A stretch of 64,000 nucleotides of DNA from Eledone cirrhosa (lineage: Eukaryota): the NCBI GenBank assembly GCA_964016885.1, contig OZ024742.1, forward strand, positions 163,928,001-163,992,000, given 5' to 3'. Made by a program: the position numbers and the translations under genes. The notes under the pieces are model-generated. The model did no database searches, was not told the DNA's origin, and saw nothing but the letters and a program-made list of their open reading frames with translations. Below, piece after piece: positions 22,301 through 36,800 of the stretch (position 1 is the first letter of the stretch; each line of letters opens with the position of its first letter).

Positions 22301-25300
22301 TATCTCCCCTTGATTTTTTTTACAATTTATCTCCCCCTGATTTTTTTTTACAAATTATCTCCCCCTGATTTTTTTTTACGAATTATCTCCCCCTGATTTT
22401 TTTTTACAAATTATCTCCGCCTGATTTTTTTTTAAAAATTATCTCCCCTTGAACGGCTGGAAATTATCTCCCCTTGGACGGCTGGAAATTATCTCCCCTT
22501 GGACGGCTAGAAATTACCTCTCCTTGGACGGCTGAAAATTATCTCCCCTTGGACGGCTGCAAATTATCTCCCCTTGATTTTTTAACAAATTATCTCCCCC
22601 TGATTTTTTTTTACAAATTATCTCCCCCTGATTTTTTTTTACAAATTATCTACGCCTAATTTTTTTTACAAATTATCTCCCCCTGATTTTTTTTTACAAA
22701 TTATCTCCCCCTGATTTTTTTTACAAATTATCTCCCCCTGATTTTTTTTTACAAATTATTTCCCCCTGATTTTTTTACAAATTATCTCCCCCCTGATTTT
22801 TTTTACAATCTCCGCCTGATTTTTTAAAAAATTATCTTCCCTTGGCTGGCGGGAAATTATCTCCCCTTGGACGGCTGGAAATTATATCCCCTTGGAAGGA
22901 TGGAAATTATCTCCCCTTGGACGGCTGGAAATTATCTCCCCTTGGACGGCTGGAAATTATCTCCCCTTGGACAGCTGGAAATTATCTGCCCTTGATTTTG
23001 TTTTTACAAATTATCTCCCCCTGATTTTTTTTACAAATTATCTCCACCTGATTTTTAAAAAAATTATCTCCCCTTGGACGGCTGGAAATTATCTCCCCTT
23101 GATTTTTTTACAAATTATCTCCCCCTGATTTTTTTTACAAATTATCTCCCCCTGATTTTTTTTTACAAATTATCTCCCCCTGATTTTTTTACAAATTATC
23201 TCCCGCTGATTTTTTTTACAAATTATCTCCGCCTGATTTTTTTAAATATTATCTTCCCTTGGCTGGCGGGAAATTATCTCCCCTTGGACGGCTGAAAATT
23301 ATCTCCCCTTGGACGGCTGGAAATTATCTCCCCTTGATTTTTTTTACAAATTATCTCCCCCTAATTTTTTTTTACAAATTATCTCCCCCTGATTTTTTTT
23401 TACAAATTATCTCCCCCTGATTTTTTTTTACAAATTATCTCCCCCTGATTTTTTTACAAATTATCTCCCCTTGGCTGGCTGGAAATTATCTCCCCTTGGA
23501 GGCTGGAATTTATCTCCCCTTGGACGGCTAGAAATTACCTCTCCTTGGACGGCTGGAAAATATGTCTCCTTGGACGGCTGGATATTATCTACCCTTGGAC
23601 GGCTGGAAATTATCTCCCCTTGGACGGCTGGAAATTATCTCCCCTTGGACGGCTAGATATTACCTCCCCTTGGACGGCTGGAAATTATCTCCCCTTGATT
23701 TTTTTACAAATTATCTCCCCCTGATTTTTTTACAAATTATCTCCCCCTGATTTTTTTTACAAATTATCTTCGCCTAATTTTTTTAAATATTATCTTCCCT
23801 TGGCTGGCGGGAAATTATCTCCCCTTGGACGGCTGGAAATTATCTCCCCTTGATTTTTTTTACAAATTATCTCCCCCTGATTTTTTTTTACAAATTATCT
23901 CCCCCTGATTTTTTTTACAAATTATCTCCACCTGATTTTTTAAAAAATTATCTCCCCTTGGACGGCTGGAAATTATCTCCCCTTGATTTTTTTACAAATT
24001 ATCTCCCCCTGATTTTTTTTACAAATTATCTCCCCCTGATTTTTTTTTACAAATTATCTCCCCCTGATTTTTTTTTACGAATTATCTCCCCCTGATTTTT
24101 TTTTATAAATTATCTCCGCCTGATTTTTTTTTAAAAATTATCTCCCCTTGAACGGCTGGAAATTATCTCCCCTTGGACGGCTGGAAATTATCTCCCCTTG
24201 GACGGCTAGAAATTACCTCTCCTTGGACGGCTGAAAATTATCTCCCCTTGGACGGCTGCAAATTATCTCCCCTTGATTTTTTAACAAATTATCTCCCCCT
24301 GATTTTTTTTTACAAATTATCTCCCCCTGATTTTTTTTTACAAATTATCTACGCCTAATTTTTTTTACAAATTATCTCCCCCTGATTTTTTTTACAAATT
24401 ATCTCCCACTGATTTTTTTTTACAAATTATTTCCCCCTGATTTTTTTACAAATTATCTCCCCCCTGATTTTTTTTACAATCTCCGCCTGATTTTTTTAAA
24501 AATTATCTTCCCTTGGCTGGCGGGAAATTATCTCCCCTTGGACGGCTGGAAATTATATCCCCTTGGACGGCTGGAAATTACCTCCCCTTGGACAGCTGGA
24601 AATTATCTGCCCTTGATTTTGTTTTTACAAATTATCTCCCCCTGATTTTTTTTACAAATTATCTCCACCTGATTTTTTAAAAAATTATCTCCCCTTGGAC
24701 GGCTGGAAATTATCTCCCCTTGATTTTTTTACAAATTATCTCCCCCTGATTTTTTTTACAAATTATCTCCCCCTGATTTTTTTTTTACAAATTATCTCCC
24801 CCTGATTTTTTTACAAATTATCTCCCCCTGATTTTTTTTACAAATTATCTCCGCCTGATTTTTTTAAATATTATCTTCCTCTGGCTGGCGGGAAATTATC
24901 TCCCCTTGGACGGCTGAAAATTATCTCCCCTTGGACGGCTGGAAATTATCTCCCCTTGATTTTTTTTACAAATTATCTCCCCCTGATTTTTTTTTACAAA
25001 TTATCTCCCCCTGATTTTTTTTTACAAATTATCTCCCCCTGATTTTTTTTTACAAATTATCTGCCCCTGATTTTTTTTACAAATTATCTCCCCCTGATTT
25101 TTTTACAAATTATCTCCCCTTGGCTGGCTGGAAATTATCTCCCCTTGGAGGCTGGAATTTATCTCCCCTTGGACGGCTAGAAATTACCTCTCCTTGGACG
25201 GCTGGAAAATATTTCTCCTTGGACGGCTGGATATTATCTACCCTTGGACGGGTGGAAATTATCTCCCCTTGGACGGCTGGAAATTATCTCCCCTTGGACG

Positions 25301-28300
25301 GCTAGATATTACCTCCCCTTGGACGGCTGGAAATTATCTCCCCTTGATTTTTTTTACAAATTATCTCCCACTGATTTTTTTTTACAAATTATCTCCCCCT
25401 GATTTTTTTACAAATTATCTCCCCCTGATTTTTTTTACAAATTATCTCCGCCTGATTTTTTTAAATATTATCTTCTCTTGGCTGGCGGGGAATTATCTCC
25501 CCTTGGACGGCTGAAAATTATCTCCCCTTGGACGGCTGGAAATTATCTCCCCTTGATTTTTTTTACAAATTATCTCCCCCTGATTTTTTTTTACAAATTA
25601 TCTCCCCCTGATTTTTTTTTACAAATTATCTCACCCTGATTTTTTTTTACAAATTATTTCCCCCTGATTTTTTTTACAAATTATCTCCCCCTGATTTTTT
25701 TACAAATTATCTCCCCTTAGCTGGCTGGAAATTATCTCCCCTTGGAGGCTGGAATTTATCTCCCCTTGGACGGCTAGAAATTACCTCTCCTTGGACGGCT
25801 GGAAAATATGTCCTTGGACGGCTGGATATTATCTACCCTTGGACGGCTGGAAATTATCTCCCCTTGGACCTGCTGGAAATTATCTCCCCTTGGACGGCTA
25901 GATATTACCTCCCCTTGGACGGCTGGAAATTATCTCCCCTTGATTTTTTTTACAAATTATCTCCCCCTGATTTTTTTTTACAAATTATCTCCCCCTGATT
26001 TTTTTTTACAAATTATCTACCCCTGATTTTTTTTTACAAATTATCTCCCCCTGATTTTTTTTACAAATTATCTCTCCCTGATTTTTTTTTACAAATTATC
26101 TCCCCCTGATTTTTTTTTACAAATTATCTACCCCTGATTTTTTTTTTACAAATTATCTCCCCCTGATTTTTTTTACAAATTATTTCCCCCTGATTTTTTT
26201 TACAAATTATCTCCCCCTGATTTTTTTACAAATTATCTCCCCCCGATTTTTTTTACAAATTATCTCCGCCTAATTTTTTTAAATATTATCTTCCCTTGGC
26301 TGGCGGGAAATTATCTCCCCTTGGACGGCTGAAAATTATCTCCCCTTGGACGGCTGGAAATTATCTCCCCTTGATTTTTTTACAAATTATCTCCCCCTGA
26401 TTATTTTTTACAAATTATCTCCCCCTGATTTTTTTTTACAAATTATCTCCCTCTGATTTTTTTTACAAATTATCTCCCCTTGGCTGGCTGGAAATTATCT
26501 CCCCTTGGAGGCTGGAATTTATCTCCCCTTGGACGGTTAGAAATTACCTCTCCTTGGACTGCTGGAAAATATGTCTCCTTGGACGGCTGGAAATTATCTC
26601 CCCTGGGACGGCTGGAAATTATCTCCCCTTGGACGGCTGGAAATTATCTCTCCTCGGACGTCTAGAAATTACCTCTCCTTGGACAGCTGAAAATTATCTC
26701 CCCTTGGACGGCTGGAAATTATCTCCCCTTGATTTTTTTTACAAATTATCTCCCTCTGATTTTTTTTTACAAATTATCTCCCCCTGATTTTATTTTACAA
26801 ATTATCTCCCCCTAATTTTTTTTACAAATTATCTGCCCCTGATATTTTTTACAAATTATCTCCCCCTGATTTTTTTACAAATTATCTCCCCTTGGCTGGC
26901 TGGAAATTATCTCCCCTTGGAGGCTGGAATTTATCTCCCCTTGGACGGTTAGAAATTACCTCGCCTTGGACGGCTGGAAAATATGTCTCCTTGGACGGCT
27001 GGAAATTATCTCCCCTTGGACGGCTGGAAATTATCTCCCCTTGGACGGCTAGATATTACCTCCCCTTGGACGGCTGGAAATTATCTCCCCTTGATTTTTT
27101 TTACAAATTATCTCCCCCTGATTTTTTTTTACAAATTATCTCCCCCTGATTTTTTTTACAAATTATCTCCCCCTGATTTTTTTACAAATTATCTCCCCCC
27201 GATTTTTTTTACAAATTATATCCGCCTAATTTTTTTAAATATTATCTTCCCTTGGCTGGCGGGAAATTATCTCCCCTTGGACGGCTGAAAATTATCTCCC
27301 CTTGGACGGCTGGAAATTATCTCCCCTTGATTTTTTTACAAATTATCTCCCCCTGATTTTTTTTACAAATTATCTCCCCCTGATATTTTTTACAAATTAT
27401 CTCCCCCTGATTTTTTTACAAATTATCTCCCCTTGGCTGGCTGGAAATTATCTCCCCTTGGAGGCTGGAATTTATCTCCCCTTGGACGGCTAGAAATTAC
27501 CTCCCCTTGGACGGCTGGAAATTATCTCCCCTTGGACGGCTAGATATTACCTCCCCTTGGACGGCTGGAAATTATCTCCCCTTGATTTTTTTTACAATTT
27601 ATCTCCCCCTGATTTTTTTTTACAAATTATCTCCCCCTGATTTTTTTTACAAATTATCTCCCCCTGATTTTTTTACAAATTATCTCCCCTTGGCTGGCTG
27701 GAAATTATCTCCCCTTGGAGGCTGGAATTTATCTCCCCTTGGACGGCTAGAAATTACCTCTCCTTGGACGGCTGGAAAATATGTCTCCTTGGACGGCTGG
27801 ATATTATCTACCCTTGGACGGCTGGAAATTATCTCCCCTTGGACGGCTGGAAATTATCTCCCCTTGGACGGCTAGATATTACCTCCCCTTGGACGGCTGG
27901 AAATTATCTCCCCTTGATTTTTTTACAAATTATCTCCCCCTGATTTTTTTTACAAATTATCTCCGCCTAATTTTTTTAAATATTATCTTCCCTTGGCTGG
28001 CGGGAAATTATCTCCCCTTGGACGGCTGAAAATTATCTCCCCTTGGACGGCTGGAAATTATCTCCCCTTGATTTTTTTTACAAATTATCTCCCCCTGATT
28101 TTTTTTTACAAATTATCTCCCCCTGATTTTTTTTACAAATTATCTCCCCCTGATTTTTTTACAAATTATCTCCCCTTGGCTGGCTGGAAATTATCTCCCC
28201 TTGGAGGCTGGAATTTATCTCCCCTTGGTCGGCTAGAAATTACCTCTCCTTGGACGGCTGGAAAATATGTCCTTGGACGGCTGGATATTATCTACCCTTG

Positions 28301-28739
28301 GACGGCTGGAAATAATCTCCCCTTGGACGGCTGGAAATTATCTCCCCTTGGACGGCTAGATATTACCTCCCCTTGGACGGCTGGAAATTATCTCCCCTTG
28401 ATTTTTTTTACAATTTATCTCCCCCTGATTTTTTTTTACAAATTATCTCCCCCTGATTTTTTTTTACGAATTATCTCCCCCTGATTTTTTTTTACAAATT
28501 ATCTCCGCCTGATTTTTTTTAAAAAATTATCTCCCCTTGAACGGCTGGAAATTATCTCCCCTTGGACGGCTGGAAATTATCTCCCCTTGGACGCGTAGAA
28601 ATTACCTCTCCTTGGACGGCTGAAAATTATCTCCCCTTGGACGGCTGGAAATTATCTCCCCTTGATTTCTTAACAAATTATCTCCCCCTGATTTTTTTTT
28701 ACAAATTATCTCCCCCTGAATTTTTTTTACAAATTATCT

Positions 28740-31240
28740 CCCCCTGATTTTTTTTACAAATTATCTCCCCCTGATTTTTTTTTACAAATTATTTCCCCCT
28801 GATTTTTTTACAAATTATCTCCCCCCTGATTTTTTTTACAATCTCCGCCTGATTTTTTTAAAAATTATCTTCCCTTGGCTGGCGGGAAATTATCTCCCCT
28901 TGGACGGCTGGAAATTATATCCCCTTGGAAGGATGGAAATTATCTCCCCTTGGACGGCTGGAAATTATCTCCCCTTGGACGGCTGGAAATTATCTCCCCT
29001 TGGACAGCTGGAAATTATCTGCCCTTGATTTTGTTTTTACAAATTATCTCCCCCTGATTTTTTTTACAAATTATCTCCACCTGATTTTTAAAAAAATTAT
29101 CTCCCCTTGGACGGCTGGAAATTATCTCCCCTTGATTTTTTTACAAATTATCTCCCCTTGATTTTTTTTACAAATTATCTCCCCCTGATTTTTTTTTACA
29201 AATTATCTCCCCCTGATTTTTTTACAAATTATCTCCCCCTGATTTTTTTTACAAATTATCTCCGCCTGATTTTTTTAAATATTATCTTCCCTTGGCTGGC
29301 GGGAAATTATCTCCCCTTGGACGGCTGAAAATTATCTCCCCTTGGACGGCTGGAAATTATCTCCCCTTGATTTTTTTTACAAATTATCTCCCCCTGATTT
29401 TTTTTTACAAATTATCTCCCCCTGATTTTTTTTTACAAATTATCTCCCCCTGATTTTTTTTTACAAATTATCTCACCCTGATTTTTTTTACAAATTATCT
29501 CCCTCTGATTTTTTTACAAATTATCTCCCCTTGGCTGGCTGGAAATTATCTCCCCTTGGAGGCTGGAATTTATCTCCCCTTGGACGGCTAGAAATTACCT
29601 CTCCTTGGACGGCTGGAAAATATGTCTCCTTGGACGGCTGGATATTATCTACCCTTGGACGGCTGGAAATTATCTCCCCTTGGACGGCTGGAAATTATCT
29701 CCCCTTGGACGGCTAGATATTACCTCCCCTTGGACGGCTGGAAATTATCTCCCCTTGATTTTTTTACAAATTATCTCCCCCTGATTTTTTTACAAATTAT
29801 CTCCCCCTGATTTTTTTTACAAATTATCTCCGCCTAATTTTTTTAAATATTATCTTCCCTTGGCTGGCGGGAAATTATCTCCCCTTGGACGGCTGAAAAT
29901 TATCTCCCCTTGGACGGCTGGAAATTATCTCCCCTTGATTTTTTTTACAAATTATCTCCCCCTGATTTTTTTTTACAAATTATCTCCCCCTGATTTTTTT
30001 TACAAATTATCTCCCCCTGATTTTTTTTTACAAATTATTTCCCCCTGATTTTTTTACAAATTATCTCCCCCCTGATTTTTTTTACAATCTCCGCCTGATT
30101 TTTTTAAAAATTATCTTCCCTTGGCTGGCGGGAAATTATCTCCCCTTGGACGGCTGGAAATTATATCCCCTTGGAAGGATGGAAATTATCTCCCCTTGGA
30201 CGGCTGGAAATTATCTCCCCTTGGACGGCTGGAAATTATCTCCCCTTGGACAGCTGGAAATTATCTGCCCTTGATTTTGTTTTTACAAATTATCTCCCCC
30301 TGATTTTTTTTACAAATTATCTCCACCTGATTTTAAAAAAAATTATCTCCCCTTGGACGGCTGGAAATTATCTCCCCTTGATTTTTTTACAAATTATCTC
30401 CCCTTGATTTTTTTTACAAATTATCTCCCCCTGATTTTTTTTTACAAATTATCTCCCCCTGATTTTTTTACAAATTATCTCCCCCTGATTTTTTTTACAA
30501 ATTATCTCCGCCTGATTTTTTTAAATATTATCTTCCCTTGGCTGGCGGGAAATTATCTCCCCTTGGACGGCTGAAAATTATCTCCCCTTGGACGGCTGGA
30601 AATTATCTCCCCTTGATTTTTTTTACAAATTATCTCCCCCTGATTTTTTTTTACAAATTATCTCCCCCTGATTTTTTTTTACAAATTATCTCCCCCTGAT
30701 TTTTTTTTACAAATTATCTCACCCTGATTTTTTTTACAAATTATCTCCCTCTGATTTTTTTACAAATTATCTCCCCTTGGCTGGCTGGAAATTATCTCCC
30801 CTTGGAGGCTGGAATTTATCTCCCCTTGGACGGCTAGAAATTACCTCTCCTTGGACGGCTGGAAAATATGTCTCCTTGGACGGCTGGATATTATCTACCC
30901 TTGGACGGCTGGAAATTATCTCCCCTTGGACGGCTGGAAATTATCTCCCCTTGGACGGCTAGATATTACCTCCCCTTGGACGGCTGGAAATTATCTCCCC
31001 TTGATTTTTTTACAAATTATCTCCCCTGATTTTTTTACAAATTATCTCCCCCTGATTTTTTTTACAAATTATCTCCGCCTAATTTTTTTAAATATTATCT
31101 TCCCTTGGCTGGCGGGAAATTATCTCCCCTTGGACGGCTGAAAATTATCTCCCCTTGGACGGCTGGAAATTATCTCCCCTTGATTTTTTTTACAAATTAT
31201 CTCCCCCTGATTTTTTTTTACAAATTATCTCCCCCTGATT
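28740..31240 (+). repeat. Tandem higher-order duplication, period about 1,245-1,246 bp (boundaries approximate)
   Basis: Pairs 28875/30121, 29107/30353, 29531/30777 and 29860/31105. Confidence 0.85.
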
Positions 31241-33830
31241 TTTTTTACAAATTATCTCCCCCTGATTTTTTTACAAATTATCTCCCCTTGGCTGGCTGGA
31301 AATTATCTCCCCTTGGAGGCTGGAATTTATCTCCCCTTGGACGGCTAGAAATTACCTCTCCTTGGACGGCTGGAAAATATGTCCTTGGACGGCTGGATAT
31401 TATCTACCCTTGGACGGCTGGAAATTATCTCCCCTTGGACGGCTGGAAATTATCTCCCCTTGGACGGCTAGATATTACCTCCCCTTGGACGGCTGGAAAT
31501 TATCTCCCCTTGAATTTTTTTACAAATTATCTCCCCCTGATTTTTTTTTACAAATTATCTCCCCCTGATTTTTTTTTACAAATTATCTACCCCTGATTTT
31601 TTTTTACAAATTATCTCCCCCTGATTTTTTTTACAAATTATCTCCCCCTGATTTTTTTTTACAAATTATCTCCCCCTGATTTTTTTTTACAAATTATCTA
31701 CCCCTGATTTTTTTTACAAATTATCTCCCCCTGATTTTTTTTACAAATTATCTCCCCCTGATTTTTTTTACAAATTATCTCCGCCTAATTTTTTTAAATA
31801 TTATCTTCCCTTGGCTGGCGGGAAATTATCTCCCCTTGGACGGCTGAAAATTATCTCTCCTTGGACGGCTGGAAATTATCTCCCCTTGATTTTTTTTACA
31901 AATTATCTCCCCCTGATTATTTTTTACAAATTATCTCCCCCTGATTTTTTTTTACAAATTATCTCCCCCTGATTTTTTTTACAAATTATCTCCCCCTGAT
32001 TTTTTTACAAATTATCTCCCCTTGGCTGGCTGGAAATTATCTCCCCTTGGAGGCTGGAATTTATCTCCCCTTGGACGGTTAGAAATTACCTCTCCTTGGA
32101 CGGCTGGAAAATATGTCTCCTTGGACGGCTGGAAATTATCGCCCCTTGGACGGCTGGAAATTATCTCCCCTTGGACGGCTGGAAATTATCTCTCCTCGGA
32201 CGGCTAGAAATTACCTCTCTTTGGACAGCTGAAAATTATCTCCCCTTGGACGGCTGGAAATTATCTCCCCTTGATTTTTTTTACAAATTATCTCCCCCTG
32301 ATTTTTTTTTACAAATTATCTCCCCCTGATTTTTTTTTACAAATTATCTCCCCCTGATTTTTTTACAAATTATCTCCCCTTGGCTGGCTGGAAATTATCT
32401 CCCCTTGGAGGCTGGAATTTATCTCCCCTTGGACGGCTAGAAATTACCTCTCCTTGGACGGCTGGAAAATATGTCTCCTTGGACGGCTGGATATTATCTA
32501 CCCTTGGACGGCTGGAAATTATCTCCCCTTGGACGGCTGGAAATTATCTCCCCTTGGACGGCTAGATATTACCTCCCCTTGGACGGCTGGAAATTATCTC
32601 CCCTTGATTTTTTTACAAATTATCTCCCCCTGATTTTTTTACAAATTATCTCCCCCTGATTTTTTTTACAAATTATCTCCGCCTAATTTTTTTAAATATT
32701 ATCTTCCCTTGGCTGGCGGGAAATTATCTCCCCTTGGACGGCTGAAAATTATCTCCCCTTGGACGGCTGGAAATTATCTCCCCTTGATTTTTTTTACAAA
32801 TTATCTCCCCCTGATTTTTTTTTACAAATTATCTCCCCCTGATTTTTTTTACAAATTATCTCCCCCTGATTTTTTTACAAATTATCTCCCCTTGGCTGGC
32901 TGGAAATTATCTCCCCTTGGAGGCTGGAATTTATCTCCCCTTGGACGGCTAGAAATTACCTCTCCTTGGACGGCTGGAAAATATGTCCTTGGACGGCTGG
33001 ATATTATCTACCCTTGGACGGCTGGAAATTATCTCCCCTTGGACGGCTGGAAATTATCTCCCCTTGGACGGCTAGATATTACCTCCCCTTGGACGGCTGG
33101 AAATTATCTCCCCTTGATTTTTTTTACAAATTATCTCCCCCTGATTTTTTTTTACAAATTATCTCCCCCTGATTTTTTTTTACAAATTATCTACCCCTGA
33201 TTTTTTTTTACAAATTATCTCCCCCTGATTTTTTTTACAAATTATCTCCCCCTGATTTTTTTTTACAAATTATCTCCCCCTGATTTTTTTTACAAATTAT
33301 CTACCCCTGATTTTTTTTACAAATTATCTCCCCCTGATTTTTTTTACAAATTATCTCCCCCTGATTTTGTTTACAAATTATCTCCCCCTGATTTTTTTAC
33401 AAATTATCTCCCCCTGATTTTTTTTACAAATTATCTCCGCCTAATTTTTTTAAATATTATCTTCCCTTGGCTGGCGGGAAATTATCTCCCCTTGGACGGC
33501 TGAAAATTATCTCTCCTTGGACGGCTGGAAATTATCTCCCCTTCATTTTTTTTACAAATTATCTCCCCCTGATTATTTTTTACAAATTATCTCCCCCTGA
33601 TTTTTTTTTACAAATTATCTCCCCCTGATTTTTTTTACAAATTATCTCCCCCTGATTTTTTTACAAATTATCTCCCCTTGGCTGGCTGGAAATTATCTCC
33701 CCTTGGAGGCTGGAATTTATCTCCCCTTGGACGGTTAGAAATTACCTCTCCTTGGACGGCTGGAAAATATGTCTCCTTGGACGGCTGGAAATTATCGCCC
33801 CTTGGACGGCTGGAAATTATCTCCCCTTGG
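30750..33830 (+). repeat. Tandem higher-order duplication, period about 1,603-1,656 bp (boundaries approximate)
   Basis: Pairs 30777/32380, 31105/32709 and 32022/33678; the rare variant ATTATCGCCCC occurs near 32140 and 33796. Confidence 0.8.
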
Positions 33831-36800
33831 ACGGCTGGAAATTATCTCCCCTTGATTTTTTTTACAAATTATCTCCCCCTGATTTTTTTTTACAAATTAT
33901 CTCCCCCTGATTTTTTTTTACAAATTATCTCCCCCTGATTTTTTTTTACAAATTATCTCCCCCTGATATTTTTACAAATTATCTCCCCCTGATTTTTTTA
34001 CAAATTATCTCCCCTTGGCTGGCTGGAAATTATCTCCCCTTGGAGGCTGGAATTTATCTCCCCTTAGACGGCTAGAAATTACCTCGCCTTGGACGGCTGG
34101 CAAATATGTCTCCTTGGACGGCTGGAAATTATCTCCCCTTGGACGGCTGGAAATTATCTCCCCTTGGACGGCTGGAAATTATCTCCCCTTGGACGGCTAG
34201 ATATTACCTCCCCTTGGACGGCTGGAAATTATCTCCCCTTGGACGGCTAGATATTACCTCCCCTTGGACGGCTGGAAATTATCTCCCCTTGATTTTTTTT
34301 ACAAATTATCTCCCCCTGATTTTTTTTTACAAATTATCTCCCCCTGATTTTTTTTTACGAATTATCTCCCCCCGATTTTTTTTTACAAATTATCTCCGCC
34401 TGATTTTTTTAAAAAAATTATCTCCCCTTGAACGGCTGGAAATTATCTCCCCTTGGACGGCTGGAAATTATCTCCCCTTGGACGGCTAGAAATTACCTCT
34501 CCTTGGACGGCTGAAAATTATCTCCCCTTGGACGGCTGCAAATTATCTCCCCTTGATTTTTTAACAAATTATCTCCCCCTGATTTTTTTTTACAAATTAC
34601 CTCCCCCTGATTTTTTTTTACAAATTATCTCCCCCTGATTTTTTTACAAATTATCTCCCCCTGATTTTTTTTACAATCTCCGCCTGATTTTTTTTAAAAT
34701 TATCTTCCCTTGGCTGGCGGGAAATTATCTCCCCTTGGACGGCTGGAAATTATATCCCCTTGGAAGGATGGAAATTATCTCCCCTTGGACGGCTGGAAAT
34801 TATCTCCCCTTGGACGGCTGGAAATTATCTCCCCTTGGACAGCTGGAAATTATCTGCCCTTGATTTTGTATTTACAAATTATCTCCCCCTGATTTTTTTT
34901 ACAAATTATCTCCACCTGATTTTTTAAAAAATTATCTCCCCTTGGACGGCTGGAAATTATCTCCCCTTGATTTTTTTACAAATTATCTCCCCCTGATTTT
35001 TTTTACAAATTATCTCCCCCTGATTTTTTGTTACAAATTATCTCCCCCTGATTTTTTTACAAATTATCTCCCCCTGATTTTTTTTACAAATTATCTCCGC
35101 CTGATTTTTTTAAATATTATCTTCCCTTGGCTGGCGGGAAATTATCTCCCCTTGGACGGCTGAAAATTATCTCCCCTTGGACGGCTGGAAATTATCTCCC
35201 CTTGATTTTTTTACAAATTATCTCCCCCTGATTTTTTTTTACAAATTATCTCCCCCTGATTTTTTTTACAAATTATCTCCCCCTGATTTTTTTTACAAAT
35301 TATCTCCCCCTGATTTTTTTTTACAAATTATCTCCCCCTGATTTTTTTACAAATTATCTCCCCTTGGCTGGCTGGAAATTATCTCCCCTTGGAGGCTGGA
35401 ATTTATCTCCCCTTGGACGGCTAGAAATTACCTCTCCTTGGACGGCTGGAAAATATGTCTCCTTGGACGGCTGGATATTATCTACCCTTGGACGGCTGGA
35501 AATTATCTCCCCTTGGACGGCTGGAAATTATCTCCCCTTGGACGGCTAGATATTACCTCCCCTTGGACGGCTGGAAATTATCTCCCCTTGATTTTTTTTA
35601 CAAATTATCTCCCCCTGATTTTTTTTTACGAATTATCTCCCCCTGATTTTTTTTTACAAATTATCTCCGCCTGATTTTTTTTTAAAATTATCTCCCCTTG
35701 AACGGCTGGAAATTATCTCCCCTTGGACGGCTGGAAATTATCTCCCCTTGGACGGCTAGAAATTACCTCTCCTTGGACGGCTGAAAATTATCTCCCCTTG
35801 GACGGCTGCAAATTATCTCCCCTTGATTTTTTTAACAAATTATCTCCCCCTGATTTTTTTTTACAAATTATCTCCCCCTGATTTTTTTTTACAAATTATC
35901 TACGCCTAATTTTTTTTACAAATTATCTCCCCCTGATTTTTTTTACAAATTATCTCCCCCTGATTTTTTTTACAAATTATCTCCCCCTGATTTTTTTTTA
36001 CAAATTATCTCCCCCTGATTTTTTTACAAATTATCTCCCCCCTGATTTTTTTTACAATCTCCGCCTGATTTTTTTAAAAATTATCTTCCCTTGGCTGGCA
36101 GGAAATTATCTCCCCTTGGACGGCTGAAAATTATCTCCCCTTGGACGGCTGAAAATTATCTCCCCTTGGACGGCTGGAAATTATCTGCCCCTGATTTTTT
36201 TTACAAATTATCTCCCCCTGATTTTTTTACAAATTATCTCCCCTTGGCTGGCTGGAAATTATCTCCCCTTGGAGGCTGGAATTTATCTCCCCTTGGACGG
36301 CTAGAAATTACCTCTCCTTGGACGGCTGGAAAATATTTCTCCTTGGACGGCTGGATATTATCTACCCTTGGACGGGTGGAAATTATCTCCCCTTGGACGG
36401 CTGGAAATTATCTCCCCTTGGACGGCTAGATATTACCTCCCCTTGGACGGCTGGAAATTATCTCCCCTTGATTTTTTTTACAAATTATCTCCCCCTGATT
36501 TTTTTTACAAATTATCTCCACCTGATTTTTTTACAAATTATCTCCCCCTGATTTTTTTTACAAATTATCTCCGCCTAATTTTTTTAAATATTATCTTCCC
36601 TTGGCTGGCGGGAAATTATCTCCCCTTGGACGGCTGAAAATTATCTCCCCTTGGACGGCTGGAAATTATCTCCCCTTGATTTTTTTTACAAATTATCTCC
36701 CCCTGATTTTTTTTTACAAATTATCTCCCCCTGATTTTTTTTTACAAATTATCTCCCCCTGATTTTTTTTTACAAATTATCTCCCCCTGATTTTTTTTAC

